NCBI RefSeq assembly: GCF_006345805.1
Contig: NC_043014.1
Location: 6,448,001 to 6,512,000 of the forward strand
From: Octopus sinensis
Taxonomy: Eukaryota
DNA length: 64,000 nucleotides
Direction of reading: 5' to 3'
Within the stretch, counting starts at the first letter, position 1, and each line of letters starts with the position of its first letter. The position numbers and the translations under genes were made by a program. The notes under the pieces were generated by a model. That model was given only the letters and a program-made list of their open reading frames with translations, did no database searches and was not told the DNA's origin. This document shows, one piece after another, positions 13,015 to 26,606 of the stretch.

Positions 13015-13668
13015 TTTATCTTCTTCTTTTTCTAATTTTTTTCTTCTTCTTCTCCTCCCCTACGTTTCTCCTTTTTTTGCTTCCACTACAGTTTCATATT
13101 CTTCTTCTCCTTCTTCTTCTTCTTCTTCTTCTTCTTCTTCTTCTTCTTCTTTTCTTCTTTTTCTCCTTCTTTTTCTTCTTCTTCTTCTCCTCCTTCTTCT
13201 CCTTCTCCTTCTCCTTCTCCTCCTTCTTCTCCTTCTTCTTTTTCTTCTTCTTCTTTTTCTCTTTTTCTTCTTCTTCTTCTTCTTCTTCTTCTTCTTCTCC
13301 TTCTTCTTCTTCTTCTTCTTCTTCTCTTCTCTTCTCCTCCTTCTTCTCCTCCTTCTTCTTCTTCTTTTCTTCTTCTTCTCACTTCTTCTATTTCTTCTTC
13401 TTCTTTTTCTTCTTCTCCTTCTTCTCCTTCTTCTTCTTCTTCTTCTCACTTCTTCTATTTCTTCTTCTTCTTTTTCTTCTTCTCCTTCTTCTCCTTCTTC
13501 TCTTCTTCTTCTTCTTCTTCTTCTTCTCACTTCTATTTCTTCTTCTTCTTTTTCTTCTCCTCCTTCTTCTCCTCCTTCTTCTTCTTCTTCTTCTTCTCAC
13601 TTCTTCTATTTCTTCTTCTTTTTCTTCTTCTCCTTCTTCTCTTTCTTCTTCTTCTTCTTCTTCTTCTG
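13015..13668. repeat. (CTT)n polypyrimidine tract upstream of gene B exon 2
   Basis: Direct reading. Confidence 0.95.
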
Positions 13669-13770
13669 GCTTACTTCTTTCCTTAATGACTAACTGACTG
13701 ACAGACTTACCTTGATCAACATATATGCCTGATAAATTTTCCTCCTTCCATTTTCTTTTTTCTCGTATAG

Positions 13771-14100
13771 TTTTCCCAAACGTACAACTAGAGCCTGCTG
13801 ATGGTTTTGCTGTCGGAAAGCCAACTATTATGAATATTACATGTCAATATAGCACGAAGGATTTTAAATCGTTCATTCTGTTGCAAAATGGAACTACTGT
13901 AGTGAAGATGGTACGCGCCAAAGCTTCTGGAGACTTTGTAGCTGAAATAAAAAAGAAAGATTTCGACTGCATGATTCCAAGACCTGATCAGAATAGTGGC
14001 GTGGTTAACTGCCTCAAAAGGAACCTCAATTGCAAGGATGCGACATCATACAGATGTTCTTTATCAGACAAAGATGTTTCCGCTTCAATGGTTCTAAAAG
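13771..14100 (+). CDS. Gene B exon 2, V-like Ig domain
   Basis: Acceptor tttttctcgtatAG, donor GTaagt at 14101, 330 nt. MNITCQY..FDC..VNC..NLNCKDATSYRC carries the DxxxYxC F-strand motif. N-glycan sequons NIT and NGT. Confidence 0.9.
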
Positions 14101-14289
14101 GTAAGTTCACCATCTTCGTCATAATTTCCACTGTTCAACACTATTACATTTAAAATTGAAACCTTCACAAAATTTGTAGTGTTGTGTTTCAGAAATCATC
14201 ATTATCATCATCATCATCATCATCATCTCATCATCATCATCATCATCATCTCATCATCATCGTAATCATCATCATCATCATTATTATTA

Positions 14290-14850
14290 TTATTGAGTGA
14301 GAGATCAGTGCATTCCATCAAAGTGACACTGGGGTAAAATATACGAAGCCCAGTATATCCATCATGACTACCCGTCTGATAAGGGTACATCAGGCACATG
14401 CATCACAACCATATGTGCGTAACATGGTGATCTCATATCAAGATAAACAGCACATGACCTTCCAAGTGAGGCCCTGTTAGAATTTTCTTCAGGTTGAGTA
14501 ACCCATCCCGCTCAAAAGGTCCTGAATAAAAGTTGTTTAAGGAATTTGAACGAAACACCCATGTTTCCAGAGGTGAATTATTCAAACCCCAAAGAATCCC
14601 TCTCAACACATGGCTATGATGCTCCCCCATTACTTCTGCTCGTGATCAGAGATGCACATATCGTCAGCCACTAAGGGACATGCTCAACTGGTTAAGGTCA
14701 AACAACTGACAAGCAAATCTGTGGTATTGAGCAGAATATTTGTTGTAGCCCATCTTTTATACCAAGACAAAACAATGTACATGATAGCACTTCCAATCAG
14801 TTAAGATGAGAAGCCATGAGAGCCACTGCCTGGTACTGCATCAGGGCATT
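14290..14850. mobile_element. Interspersed repeat whose 5' part is also in gene C intron 2 (32343-32440)
   Basis: ttgagtgagaga..catcaaagtgacactggggtaaaatatacgaagccc occurs at the same relative position in both genes. Confidence 0.6.
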
Positions 14851-14865
14851 TATTATTATATTATG

Positions 14866-14917
<52 letters not shown>

Positions 14918-15210
14918 TATAAGAAATATTTAAATTACTAAGTCTCTATATAAGAATGCCATATTAATATGGCGATAACAATTAATTATTATTATTGTTA
15001 TTATTATAATAGTTATTATATTATTATTATTATTCTTATTATTGTTATGTTATTATTATTATTATTATTATTATTTTTATTATATTATTATTTATTATTT
15101 ATTATTATTGTTATATTATTTTTATTATTATTATTATTATTATTATCATTATTGTTATTATTATATTATTATATTATTATTATTATGTTATTATTATTAT
15201 TATTATTATT

Positions 15211-15251
<41 letters not shown>

Positions 15252-15502
15252 ATTATTATTATTATTATTATTGTTGTTGTTATTATTATATTATTGTTAT
15301 TATTATTATTATTGTTATCATTGTTATTATTATTGTCATATTATTATCATTATTATTATTATTATTATTAGCATTATCGTTATTATTATTATTACTATAT
15401 TATTATTTTATATAATATTATATATTATTATTATTATTGTTATTGTTGTTGTTGCTGTTATATATATTATTATTATTGATTATATATTATTATTTTATTA
15501 TG

Positions 15503-15533
<31 letters not shown>

Positions 15534-15538
15534 GTTAC

Positions 15539-15580
<42 letters not shown>

Positions 15581-15596
15581 CATTATTATTATTATT
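14850..15596. repeat. (ATT)n/(CAT)n microsatellite
   Basis: Direct reading. Confidence 0.95.
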
Positions 15597-16558
15597 GGGG
15601 TCAGCCTGTCAGCAACGCTTGACATCGTTCCGTGAATTTTGTAAACAACTGTGTAAACAACATGAAATACGAAAACAAGCAAGTTAAGTTCGCAAACAGC
15701 GAGAGAAAAAATGGGGAACAGGATAAGTGAACACAGAGAACAAATCCTTCATCAGTTGTCTGCTGTCTATCTACTCCTTATTTCGAGCATTTCAATAAAG
15801 CATATATCAGAAAAGAAGCAGTAATTCTTAAAACGGAAAGTTAAATTCTGGTCATAGAGAGACCAATGGTTTCGTAACCATGAATGCCACAACTTTCTAC
15901 CATGCGGACATTTGGAAACGGGAAACGCTCAGGTACCGGGATCTAACAGAGAACTGGAAGTCTCCATTTGCGGTTAGGAGGGTTCGGGTTTGTAAGGGGT
16001 TCTTATACTTTTGTCCAAGGGAAGATAACCCGCTCTTAATAACGTTTTTATACGCTCGCAGTTAAAGCTCGATATCTGAGCGTTTCCTCACATCTACGTG
16101 GTAGAAAATTTAATTTTTTCGTCTTTTGTATATAAGTTCAGTAAAATTTAGATTCAGATGAATATGTAACTTAAGTTAAAGGCACCAGAATATACTATGG
16201 TATTATCCATATAATTCAAAATGGGGTGATTGTTTTGTTACTTATTTTGATATATATATATATAATAAGCCTTTACATAAATAAATAACGTGAAATACAA
16301 GAAGGGACGAACAAAAAAACAAACGAGTCATTCAAAGCCTTCATTGTATGTGTGTATGTATGTATGTATGTATGTATGTATATATATATTTCCTTATTGT
16401 ACACAAGAAGCTAAACATAGAGGAGACAAACAAGGACACACAAAGGAATTAAGTCGACGGAATTTGAACTCAGAACGTAGCGGCAGACGAAATACTGCTA
16501 AGCATTTCGCCCGGTTAGCGAAATATATAAGTATATACATATACATATACAATCATAC

Positions 16559-16606
<48 letters not shown>

Positions 16607-16608
<2 letters not shown>

Positions 16609-16767
16609 CGCAGGAGTGGCTGTGTGGTAAGTAACTTGGTAACCAACCACATGGTTCCGGGTTCAGTCCCACTGCGTGGCATCTTGGGCAAGTGTCTTCT
16701 GCTATAGCTCGGGCCGACCAAAGCCTTGTGAGTGGATATGGTAGACGGAAACTGAAAGAAGCCTGTC

Positions 16768-16806
<39 letters not shown>

Positions 16807-17025
16807 AGTGTGTATATGTTGTGTTGTCTGTGTTTGTCCCTCTAGCATTGCTTGACAACCGACGCTGTGTGTTTACGTCTCCGTCACTTAGCGGTTCGGC
16901 AAAAGAGTTCGATAAAATAAGTACTGGGCTTACAAAGAATAAGTTCCGGGGTCGATTTGCTCGCTAAAAGGCGGTGCTCCAGCATGGCCGCAGTCAAAAT
17001 GACTGAAACAAGTAAAAGAGAAAAG
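16607..17025 (+). mobile_element. SINE family B (ggcgcaggagtggctgtgtggtaag..gctccagcatggccgcagtcaaatgactgaaacaag)
   Basis: Full copy with an internal (TA)n/(TG)n. Other copies at 21277-21690, 33609-34060, 51075-51333, 56148-56537(-), 58490-58910(-) and 62787-63176(-). Confidence 0.85.
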
Positions 17026-17084
17026 AAAGTATAACATACATATATAATATTATATATATATATATATAACATATATATACATAC

Positions 17085-17134
<50 letters not shown>

Positions 17135-17467
17135 TATATATACATACATATATATATATACATATATATATAAAATATATCTATATATATATATACATAC
17201 ATATATATATACTATATATATAAAATATATATATAATATATATACAATTATATTAGATATAGATATATACATACAAATATGAGTATATATATTATATATA
17301 TATATAATATAGATAGAGAGATAGACGAGAGAGAGATAGAGATATATATTGATATATATATTTATTATATATATCTATATATATACTTTATTTAAAGCAG
17401 CAGAAAATTCAACAAAACCTGTTACTCTGAGTTTCCCGTTGCCGTTCATCGGACAGTTTACTTTCTT

Positions 17468-17502
<35 letters not shown>

Positions 17503-17529
17503 GTGTTGTGTATATATATATATACACAC

Positions 17530-17607
<78 letters not shown>

Positions 17608-18025
17608 GTGTGTATAATAATATATATATATACTATATATAATATATGTATGTATTACACATGTGGGTGTATGTGAGTGGGCTTATGTGCACCCGCTTCT
17701 GTGTTGATGTAGATATAGTCTCCATGCACATCGTGCACTTCCTCATGCACTGCTTCATCTATAAAATAAGTGAGTTGATCCTCTGCAAACTTCTTGATAC
17801 GGTTCACCCATACAGCTGTCAACCTCCCTAAACTACTACTACTACTATTACTACTACTATACTACTACTGAGATATCCATTGTACAGGCCCTAAAACTTA
17901 TAACCAGAACTTAGTTTCAGCAGTGTTCAGCATTCTAGTTTTGTATCAACGCGTTCATTTGTTTCAGCGCCTACATCCACTTCGTTATTTTGATTCTATT
18001 ATTCTAACATCTATTTTATTTTCAG

Positions 18026-18346
18026 TGAAATCTTCTCTTCATAGTCTGGAGCACGTCCACAACCATGATGCTGCAATGCAACACTTGGATGTATTCAACT
18101 GTACGGCACGTGTAGCAGTACCTACTGCAAGTGAAGTCGTCTTTAAATGGCAAGTAATGCTCGGTTCTCTATTGATGAGCGAGAAAAGGGACAAACTGAA
18201 AGTTTGGGGTTCGGATAAATGTTATGCTAACGTAACTTCATCTTATCATCACCATTTGGGCCACGATCACTCCATTAATCCTACAGTCATTTCCTGTACA
18301 GTATTTCAAGAGACACGTGCCATAGTAGTCAATCAACCACGTGTGG
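18026..18346 (+). CDS. Gene B exon 3, His-rich second Ig domain
   Basis: Acceptor ttttattttcAG, donor GTaagt at 18347, 321 nt. VKSSLHSL..VFNCTA..VFKWQV..KCYANVTS..VISCTVF. Confidence 0.9.
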
Positions 18347-18994
18347 GTAAGTAAATATTCTTTGTGTTTCATTGTTCACTGTATAAAGCTTTTCTACGTC
18401 CTCATACGAAGACCATTGTTAAAGGTCTCCTGTTGTGATCCTTTAACAAAAATATTTAAAAGTATCCCCTGCTGCTTGTCTTCTTGCAGACAGAAAACAT
18501 TGTTGCATTCCTTAGATTTTTACGGTTGAATGTTTAAATATTCAAACCGTTTTCTAAGATGCTTCGCCTCAAACTTCAACACTAATTAGGTCATTGATTT
18601 AATAGAAATCTCAACACTAATTAGGTTTCTTTTTTTTTCTTTTTCGGTCTAATATTTAGCTGGTGAAATGGCTTCTAGAAGCAGAAGTCAACTAAACGGT
18701 TTCTGAAGGTATTTCATAACAACCTTCCCCACTTGTTATTCCTGTAAATTTGTATACGTAGCACATCTGCCGTAATTGCTCTTCCAACCAATGAGAGCAC
18801 TTTGAAAGTAACACGTGCTTTCTTAGTTTGCATAACAGAATAGTTTCTCGTTAGGTTTGATATCACAGAGAATTGCGCGTCAGCAGACTGATATTTTAAA
18901 CTAGTATATGAAAATACAGCGTACGTATAAACATCAAAGCATATGAATTTATCCGTAAATATTTTCCTTGACACGCCTATACTTTATCTTACAG

Positions 18995-19089
18995 ATTTTA
19001 ACAGCGCTCCTTCTGGTATTTTATACTCCAAATGGATTTTGGCCGTTAATCTCATTCTTCTGCTTTTGGCTGCTGCAATTTCTTGTTAG
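18995..19089 (+). CDS. Gene B last coding exon, GPI-anchor-like signal
   Basis: Acceptor ctttatcttacAG, then (D)FNSAPSGILYSKWILAVNLILLLLAAAISC*. Small-residue omega region, spacer, hydrophobic C-terminus and no cytoplasmic tail. Confidence 0.85.
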
Positions 19090-21276
19090 TGTCATTCTTT
19101 TTTGCACAAAGACGATAACGAAGGTTTGTAAAGATAAATTTCTTTCTTTTCCGTTTTCTTTCTGCTTCTTAATTTTCCTCTCGTTCATCTCCTTCCTACC
19201 CCTCCTCATCGTTCCGCAAACTCATTTTCGCCCTCTTCATATACATGGGTATGGTGGAGGGGGGTGTTGCGCGCTGCAATAAAATCCATCTTGAAGAGGT
19301 ACAAGCTTCTTGGTACAGTTAACCCCTACAGCTGTGAAGCTCCCTCTCCGTTGGACCCAAGAACTCCATTCTGTAAAGGTGTCTACCAACAGTTATTTAG
19401 ACCAAATGTCACAGAGATCGGCCTGTAGAGTGATATGGATACCATTTAATATATCAAATAAGCCAGTTATACAAAGACACCACTCTCTGCCTGAATGATG
19501 GCCTCGTTAAATCCAGAGAAAAGACCGTTTCCAGGGATCCAGGGGTTTCCCTTTGTTTTATACATCACACACAAAATGGCAGCCTTCAACGCGTCTGTAA
19601 TAATAGGAAGCGACCAATAGGTCCACCTCTCTCTCTCAGACACACACACACACACACACACACTCTTCCCTCCCTCTGTCTCTCTCCTCCTCTCTTTCAC
19701 ACTCTTCCCTCCCTCTGTCTCTCTCCCCCTCTCTCTCTCTCACTCTCTATTTCTCTCCTTTACTCTTTCTCTTTCTCTCTCCTCTGTCTCTCTCTTTCTC
19801 TCTCTCTCTCTCCATATTTTCCCTCCACCTCTCCCTATTTCTTCTTTCTCCCCCTCTTTCTCTCTCAACGACTCTCCAGATGCATGAGTCCTGCTGGGTG
19901 GTCACATATTTATGACTATTCACGACCAGCAACTGCTGTGACACATGAACCATGTTGACGAGAATTCAGTCATGCCAAGACACATGCGGGGCTTTCTGAG
20001 GGGCAATCCACCCGCCGAGGGCTTAAAGGTGACCAGCACGCCGATGTGGGTGGTGGCATTGATTCTGAGACACAGAGGGAAGACGTCAATTTGCAAGATA
20101 TAATCCTCACCACCCTAAGATCATCAGAAACAAATGGAATTTCGTGTGTATCTCCAGAAATGCAATATTGGGGTCTACACATAAACATCGCCCTTTCATC
20201 CGATTCACTTTTTGCCTTTGTTCGAATTAATTTTACTAATACGTCTGGGTACCCAGAGTGCGCCAGTTTATTCCCCAAACTCTTCGATCAAGTCTCTCAG
20301 TTCTCACAAACACACCAGAAGCCTATACGCATTTCCAGCAACACAAAATACCCTCGTGGGCCTAGTTTTACATTGAGACTAAATACATATCAATACGTCT
20401 CTGTATATTTATTTATTCTATAGTGTTACTTCTCTCACACCCGAGTCTTATCCCAGTCGAAATGCTGGTTACTTCCCCTGTTGGTGTGTTCTCCTGCGAT
20501 TTTTCTTTTATCGTTTGCTTCTTTGATGTTTGTCTCTTACCTTTAGGTTCCGCCTACCGACATCACTGGAGTAAGTGGCACCATCAAAATTTGCTTAAAC
20601 CCCATTCAAAGGATTCCTCACACATTCATTTATTTACTTATTTATTTACAGATTCCTGTTGACATTAACTGCATTTGGTATCGACCGGCAATTTTAGTGA
20701 CGGAGACAACTTTCATGGAACTTCTCCCGTTACAAATCATATAAAATTATTATTAATCTTTTAATACTAATCAATCAGTAACCGTAATCTTTGTAAATCA
20801 CTAACTTTAGTAATAGTAACTGTAATAACATAAACACCTAATAAAATTAACAATTACAGTTTTAATTACAATACTATATACACACCATCAGAACATGTTC
20901 ACATAGTTTCATAAGGTTAAAATAACCATTTGTTAAGTTAACAAAAGGGGTAGAAATAAACTTGGTTAAGAAATACATTAAAATTATGATGGTTTAAAAG
21001 ATAAAACTTAACCGTTTCATGAAATTTATTAAGTGATTTATATACGAATTTTATATGTAAAACCCGTGTGGAATTATGATAAATAAAGCAATTGAAAATG
21101 TGTCTGTCTTTTGGAGATTTCTTTAACGAATATGTTTAGGGAAAAAGAATTTATTGAAATTGCACTTATTTACTCTAATAATTAGTTTTGTGCACCGAAG
21201 TGTATTAATTTAATAAGAATCACATTTGTATAAACAGTTAATAATGGAAACATTTGCAATGGATATTTGCATAATA

Positions 21277-21690
21277 GGCGCAGGAGTAGCTGTGTGGTAA
21301 GTAGCTTGTTTACCAACCCCATGGTTCCGGATTCAGTCCCACTGCGTGGCACCTTGGGCAACTGTCTTCTGCTATAGCCTCGGGCCGACCAAAGCCTTGT
21401 GAGTGGATTTGGTAGACGGAAACTGAAAGAAGCACATCGTATATATGTATATATATATATATATGCGTGTGTGTGTTTGTGCGTCTGTGTTTGTCCCCTT
21501 AGAATTGCTTGACAACCGATACTGGTGTGTTTATGTCCCCGTTACTTAGCGGTTCGGCAAAAGAGACCGTTAGAATAAGTACTGGGCTTACAAAAGAATA
21601 AGTCCCGGGGTCGAGTTGCTCGATTAAAGGCGGTGCTCCAGCATGGCCGCAGTCAAATGACTGAAACAAGTAAAAGAGTAAAGAGTAAAG
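21277..21690 (+). mobile_element. SINE family B inserted downstream of gene B
   Basis: Flanked by cataata/tataata. The empty site is visible at the paralogous position ~47855-47870. Confidence 0.85.
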
Positions 21691-21848
21691 AGTATAATAT
21701 ATGCATATGTATTAATGTGTGTATGTATATAGACACACACGTACACCTATGTATGAGTTTATGCATGAATATACATAGTTATATGTGTAAGTACATGTGT
21801 GTGTGTGTGTGTGTGCGTGTGTGTGCATATAGGTGTATATAATTGCAT

Positions 21849-21951
<103 letters not shown>

Positions 21952-21974
21952 ATATATATATATATTATATATAT

Positions 21975-22273
21975 AACCCAGAAAAAAAGCAACAATAATG
22001 GATCGGTAGATTAGTACAATTGTTTCATACTAAAAACATTTATTTCAAGCTGCAAAATATACAGCAAATATAATGTCAAATTCATCAGCTAAATCACATA
22101 TGGTTTCCATATATGCTTAGAGAGTGTATATATGGAAAACCTATATGTGATTTAGCTGATGAATACTTGACATTATATTTGCTGTAATATTTGCAGCTTG
22201 AAATAAAATGTTTTTAGTATGAAACAATTGTACTAATCTACCGATCCATTCTTGTTGCTTTCTTCTTGGTTAT
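21975..22273. repeat. ~300-bp near-perfect inverted repeat (hairpin)
   Basis: agcaacaataatggatcggtagattagtacaattgtttcatac.. is mirrored by ..gtatgaaacaattgtactaatctaccgatccattcttgttgct, with the loop near 22115-22125. Confidence 0.9.
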
Positions 22274-22419
22274 AATCACCCCACGTAATTTTATGGTTAA
22301 TACCATAAAGAATCTTGGTGCATCTAAGTTAAGTATCATATTCATTTGAATTCATTCGAATTCTTTTGAATCTTAATTGTTTTTGCTGAAATCATATATA
22401 TATATATATATATATACAG

Positions 22420-22892
22420 CTGATATCTTGAGTATTGAGGCGATGGTACACAAGCACCAGTTGCGTTGGACTGGACACCTTATTAGAATTCCTTAGGATT
22501 CCTAAGCAGATGCTTTATGGAGAACTTGTGAATGGAAGGAGACTCCGGCAGAAACCAAGGCTGCGATTTAAGGACTGTGTCAAGTCCTCGTTAAAGGCTT
22601 TTGATATGCAGGACACTGACTGGGAGAACAATGCCTGTCATCGCCACAGATGGAGGAAGCAGGTTAAGGAGGGGATCGACACTTTTGAGAGAGCACGTAT
22701 CAAGCATGAAGAACTTAAGCGAGCTGCGCGAAAGCGCACGGCTCGTATAGTGAATGGGGAAAGCTTGGTCTGCAATCTTTGCAGTCGTGTATGCTTGTCA
22801 AGAGCAGGGATCATTAGCCACCAACGGAGCCGCAAATGCAAAATGTTCCTGAAGGTCAGCAATGGTCTTCCTCGGTCACGAGTGGACGGTCA
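22420..22892 (+). mobile_element. RTE-clade LINE 3' end (5'-truncated)
   Basis: HQLRWTGHL..PKQMLYGELVNGRR..KPRLRFKDCVK..CNLCSRVCLSRAGIISHQRS. Confidence 0.8.
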
Positions 22893-23266
22893 TCATATAT
22901 ATATACACATATATATAAAATATAAATTAGAGATAAAACCACTACCAAACAGTGATAGACATAATGCATGATAGTGGTTTTATCTCTAAATTATATTTTA
23001 TATATTTATACTGTGAAATTTGATTTAATACTAAATTGAATTTTTCCCTGTAAGTGTGAAGCTTCCTTCCAAGGAATCTAATGCGCTTAGCTTAGTTTTC
23101 CTTAGGGCTGGCCAGATTGGAGCAATCTCAAGATTAATCAGCCGAAATTGCGAGGATGATCCGGTTCTTGACTGAAGATTGAAGGCTTCGAATGTCCCGT
23201 CCGTGTCTTTTGTATCGTCTCTAAATGTTTTGCGTTTTGTCCAGTTGTATTTTTTTATACATATAT

Positions 23267-23298
<32 letters not shown>

Positions 23299-23432
23299 GT
23301 ATATATATATAGCGGAGTGCGTACCCTCTCCTTGTATGTAAGTATAATATATTATATATATAAATCCTTAAATCCTTTAAAATGTTTTAGCCCGAAGGCC
23401 GCGGCCATGCTGGGCCACCACCGCTGAATGAG

Positions 23433-26208
23433 CTACACTAATTTGTGAATCCACCTCTGATACGTGGCCACTTGATCAACAAAAGAAACCCACATCCACA
23501 CCATGTAAGTCTTCAGGCATTTAGGGAGGATGTTAAAGAGATGTGGTCCTCTGAAAACCAAGCTGTTGCAGTATCTGGACCTGTATTTTGATGGTGATGT
23601 TGGAATCCTTGGCACCATGCAGTGGCGCCCCGTTCTGCGGTTGGGGTAACTTTGAATGCCAAAGTTGGGACAAGACCCTCCAGGATTTTCCAGATGTATA
23701 TCACCGCATATCTCTCCCGCCTCCGCTCTAGGGAGAAGAGGTTTAATACCTTCAGTCTTTCTCAGTAGCTGATATTTTGCATTGAGACGATTTTCTTTGT
23801 GTAGCTTCTCTGAATTGCTTCGAGTTCTGCTGTTAGTTTTAAATTGTGTGGTGACCACAGTTGGGAGCAGTAGTCCAAGCGGCTGAGGACGAATGTTTTC
23901 CATAGGACCATCAGTGTCTCCTTCTCTCTTGTTCTGAAAGTTCGGAGAATCCATCCAGCTAGCCGTCTGCATTTTATCACCAGATTAGCAATATGCACTT
24001 GGAAAGATGCATCATTGCTCATGTCAATGCCCAGGTCACGCACTGATTTTGACTCAGGGATTGCAATTCTTCCTGGGCCAGTGTATCCAGTCTTCACGTC
24101 GTTTACCTTTGTGTGCCAGTAGCGCAGGGCCTGGAACTTACTGCATTAAACTGCATGTTGTTGTCCTCAGCCCACCTGTATATTGTGTCCAGCTCATGTT
24201 GCAGATGCGCAATATTTTCAGGGTTTTGTATTGCGTGGGAGACTTTTGTGTCATCTGCATAGCTAGCAAGGGTGGTCATCGTAGCAACTGAAGGCATGTC
24301 TGAAAGGGCCACTATGAACATCAGTGGCCCCAAGACAGTGCCCTGTGGGACACCGCTTGTTATTTGCGTTTCCTTGGAGGTGGCTCCATTGCTCACACTG
24401 CTTGTTTTCTGTCTTTTAGGAGTTGTGCAGCCACTCTCCAAGTTTTTCCGCCTATGTCGAGACCACGCAGTTTGTGACAGATCATACCATGGTCAACTTT
24501 ATCAAGGCTTTGCAAAGTCGAGATATATTATATCCACATTTGAGCCATTAGTAGCTGTTTCAACAACCCAGTCATAGTGTTGCAGGAGCTGTGTTAGGCA
24601 GCCTCTACCTGGTCGAAATCCATGCTGGGTGTCAGACAGCAAGTCATTTTCTTCAAGGAACATGATTAGTTTCTTACGGACTATTCGTTCCATGACTTTG
24701 CTGATGTGTGAGGTCAGAGAGATAGGCCTATTATTTTTAGCATCTGCTCTGCTACCTCCCTTATGGATATAGGGCATATTACCCCCTCTTTCAATTGACT
24801 GGGAGCTTACCACTTGCAAGAAAGCTCTGAAAAAGCTGTGTAGCGGTTTTGCAAGGGCTCGTTTGCACGATTTGAGAAGGATCGCTGGGAATCCATCAGG
24901 TCCAGCAGCTGAGTTGTGTCAATCTCATCCATGGCTAGTGTGATATCATCATCTTCGATGTTGATTGTACTCAATTTTTGCCTCTTTGGCCGCAGGTAAA
25001 GTGGCAAAGAATTCTTCTGGGTTGTTTACTTGCCTGTGTCATAGAGGTGTAGTGAACACACTTTGGAACTGTTCGTTCAGTATTTCACTTATCCTCGTGG
25101 GATTTCCTGTGAGAGAGCCATCTTTTTGGAAGAGAGGTCCTATTCTCTGGTGCACTGTGGCTGTCTCTTGGCAAACTTAAAGAAAGCTTTAGGGTTTGAT
25201 TTTATATTTATTACCCAAGCTTCTTTATCTGCTCTCTCCTTTTCATGGGACTGATGTAGACTTTTCTCAGTTTCCATTAGCATTCTTTCGAGCCGAGACT
25301 TCTCACCACTTTTGGTGTGCTTGCTCAGGCGGTTCGCAATCCTTGTCCGTCGTCTCATAAGAATTCTCCTTTCTCTAGGGATCCTGTTTTGTTCTTGTGT
25401 GTGCTGGCCCTGCACACTGGGACATATTTGTCACATATGGCTTGTATTATGGACATGAAGTGTTTGTGTTTCATGTTTATGTCCGGTGTGGAGAGACATT
25501 CAGGCCAATCCTGTTTGAGGATCTCTTTCTCAATCAACTTCCAGTTGGCTTTATGAAAGTTTAAGTTGGAGAGATGGTGGATGCTTCGTATAGGTTGTGT
25601 GTCTACGGGGGCTTTTGTTCCATACATAGACAGCTCTATTATGTTGTGATCCGAGATCATTGTCGGCATCACATTAACATTATGGATAATATCCATATTG
25701 TTTGTGAAGCAGAGATCCAGTATATTATCTGCCCTTGTTGGTTGCAGAACTATTTGCTCCATGAAAGAGGTATTTGTGAGATGGAGCAGGGACTCCACCT
25801 GTGCATGCGGATGGTGTGTCATCCCTGGGAGCATCTGCCCCCCAGGCCATTCCACATTGGGGAGGTTAAAGTCACCCATGAAGAATACACTGTTGTGTTG
25901 TTCAAGGTTGGTGAGGACTTCTATTTTGTTAGGCAATCTTCAAACATGCCTGAGTGTTTTGGGGCATCTGGTGGGCGGGGGGGATAGTAGTGTATGACGA
26001 TATTCAGTTGTCTTATGTGTATAATTTGAGTTTCACACACTGAGTTTGAATATGACAGCAGGACCTGGGGCGTGAAGTCATCTCGGATGTACATTGCAAC
26101 TCCACCATGGCTCCTCCCTTTTCTACCTGTGCGTATGACTGCATATTGCGGCATGTGTATTTCTGCATCACCTATATCGGGTTCAAGATGCGTTTCTGTG
26201 AGTGCCAT
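23433..26208 (-). mobile_element. CR1-like LINE ORF2 pseudogene (APE endonuclease plus RT), frameshifted
   Basis: ALTETHL, GGVAMYI, MGDFNLP, ILDLCF, SDHNII, RPISLTS, QHGFRPGR, IYLDFAK, GVPQGTVLGP, YADDTK, RDLGI and DYCSQLWSP, spread over several frames. Confidence 0.9.
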
Positions 26209-26321
26209 GTATGTATGCATGTATATATAATATATATATATACATGCATACATGCATATACATATAGACTTACATACATATACATATATACATACATACA
26301 TACATATGCATATATAATACA

Positions 26322-26606
26322 ACAAGAACACAGCGAGTACTTATGATAGAAAACTCGTGGTATTTATATACACATCAAGAAATAATACTTGAGAATAAAA
26401 CCAGTACAATAGCAGGGTATAAAATATACTAGCTTAATTAGTCCCTGCTTGAGTTATCTAATGATAATTTTAACTCAATTAAGGGCTAATTAAGGTATTA
26501 TATTATATACCCTGCTATTGGACTGGCTTTATCCTCAAGTATTATTTCTTGATGTGCATAAAAATACCACGGGTTTTCCATCATATATACTCGTTATGTT
26601 CTTTTT
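26322..26606. repeat. ~280-bp inverted repeat (hairpin)
   Basis: catcaagaaataatacttgag..caatagcagggtata is mirrored by tataccctgctattg..ctcaagtattatttcttgatg. Confidence 0.85.

Noticed and set aside
12854-13697. Long poly-L/F/S/R ORFs (also 1360-1817, 14969-15687, 30839-31580, 31959-33086, 48055-48678)
   Set aside because: These are translations of microsatellites.
18968-19282. Hydrophobic ORF-track proteins here and at 46209-46643 as transmembrane exons
   Set aside because: They are in the wrong frame relative to the phase-1 splice. The spliced frame stops at 19089 and 46266, and these frames are not conserved between paralogs, so they are treated as 3' UTR.
23433-26208. Active LINE or domesticated RT gene
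   Set aside because: Multiple frameshifts and deletions. The same applies to the Tx1, RTE and R4 relics.
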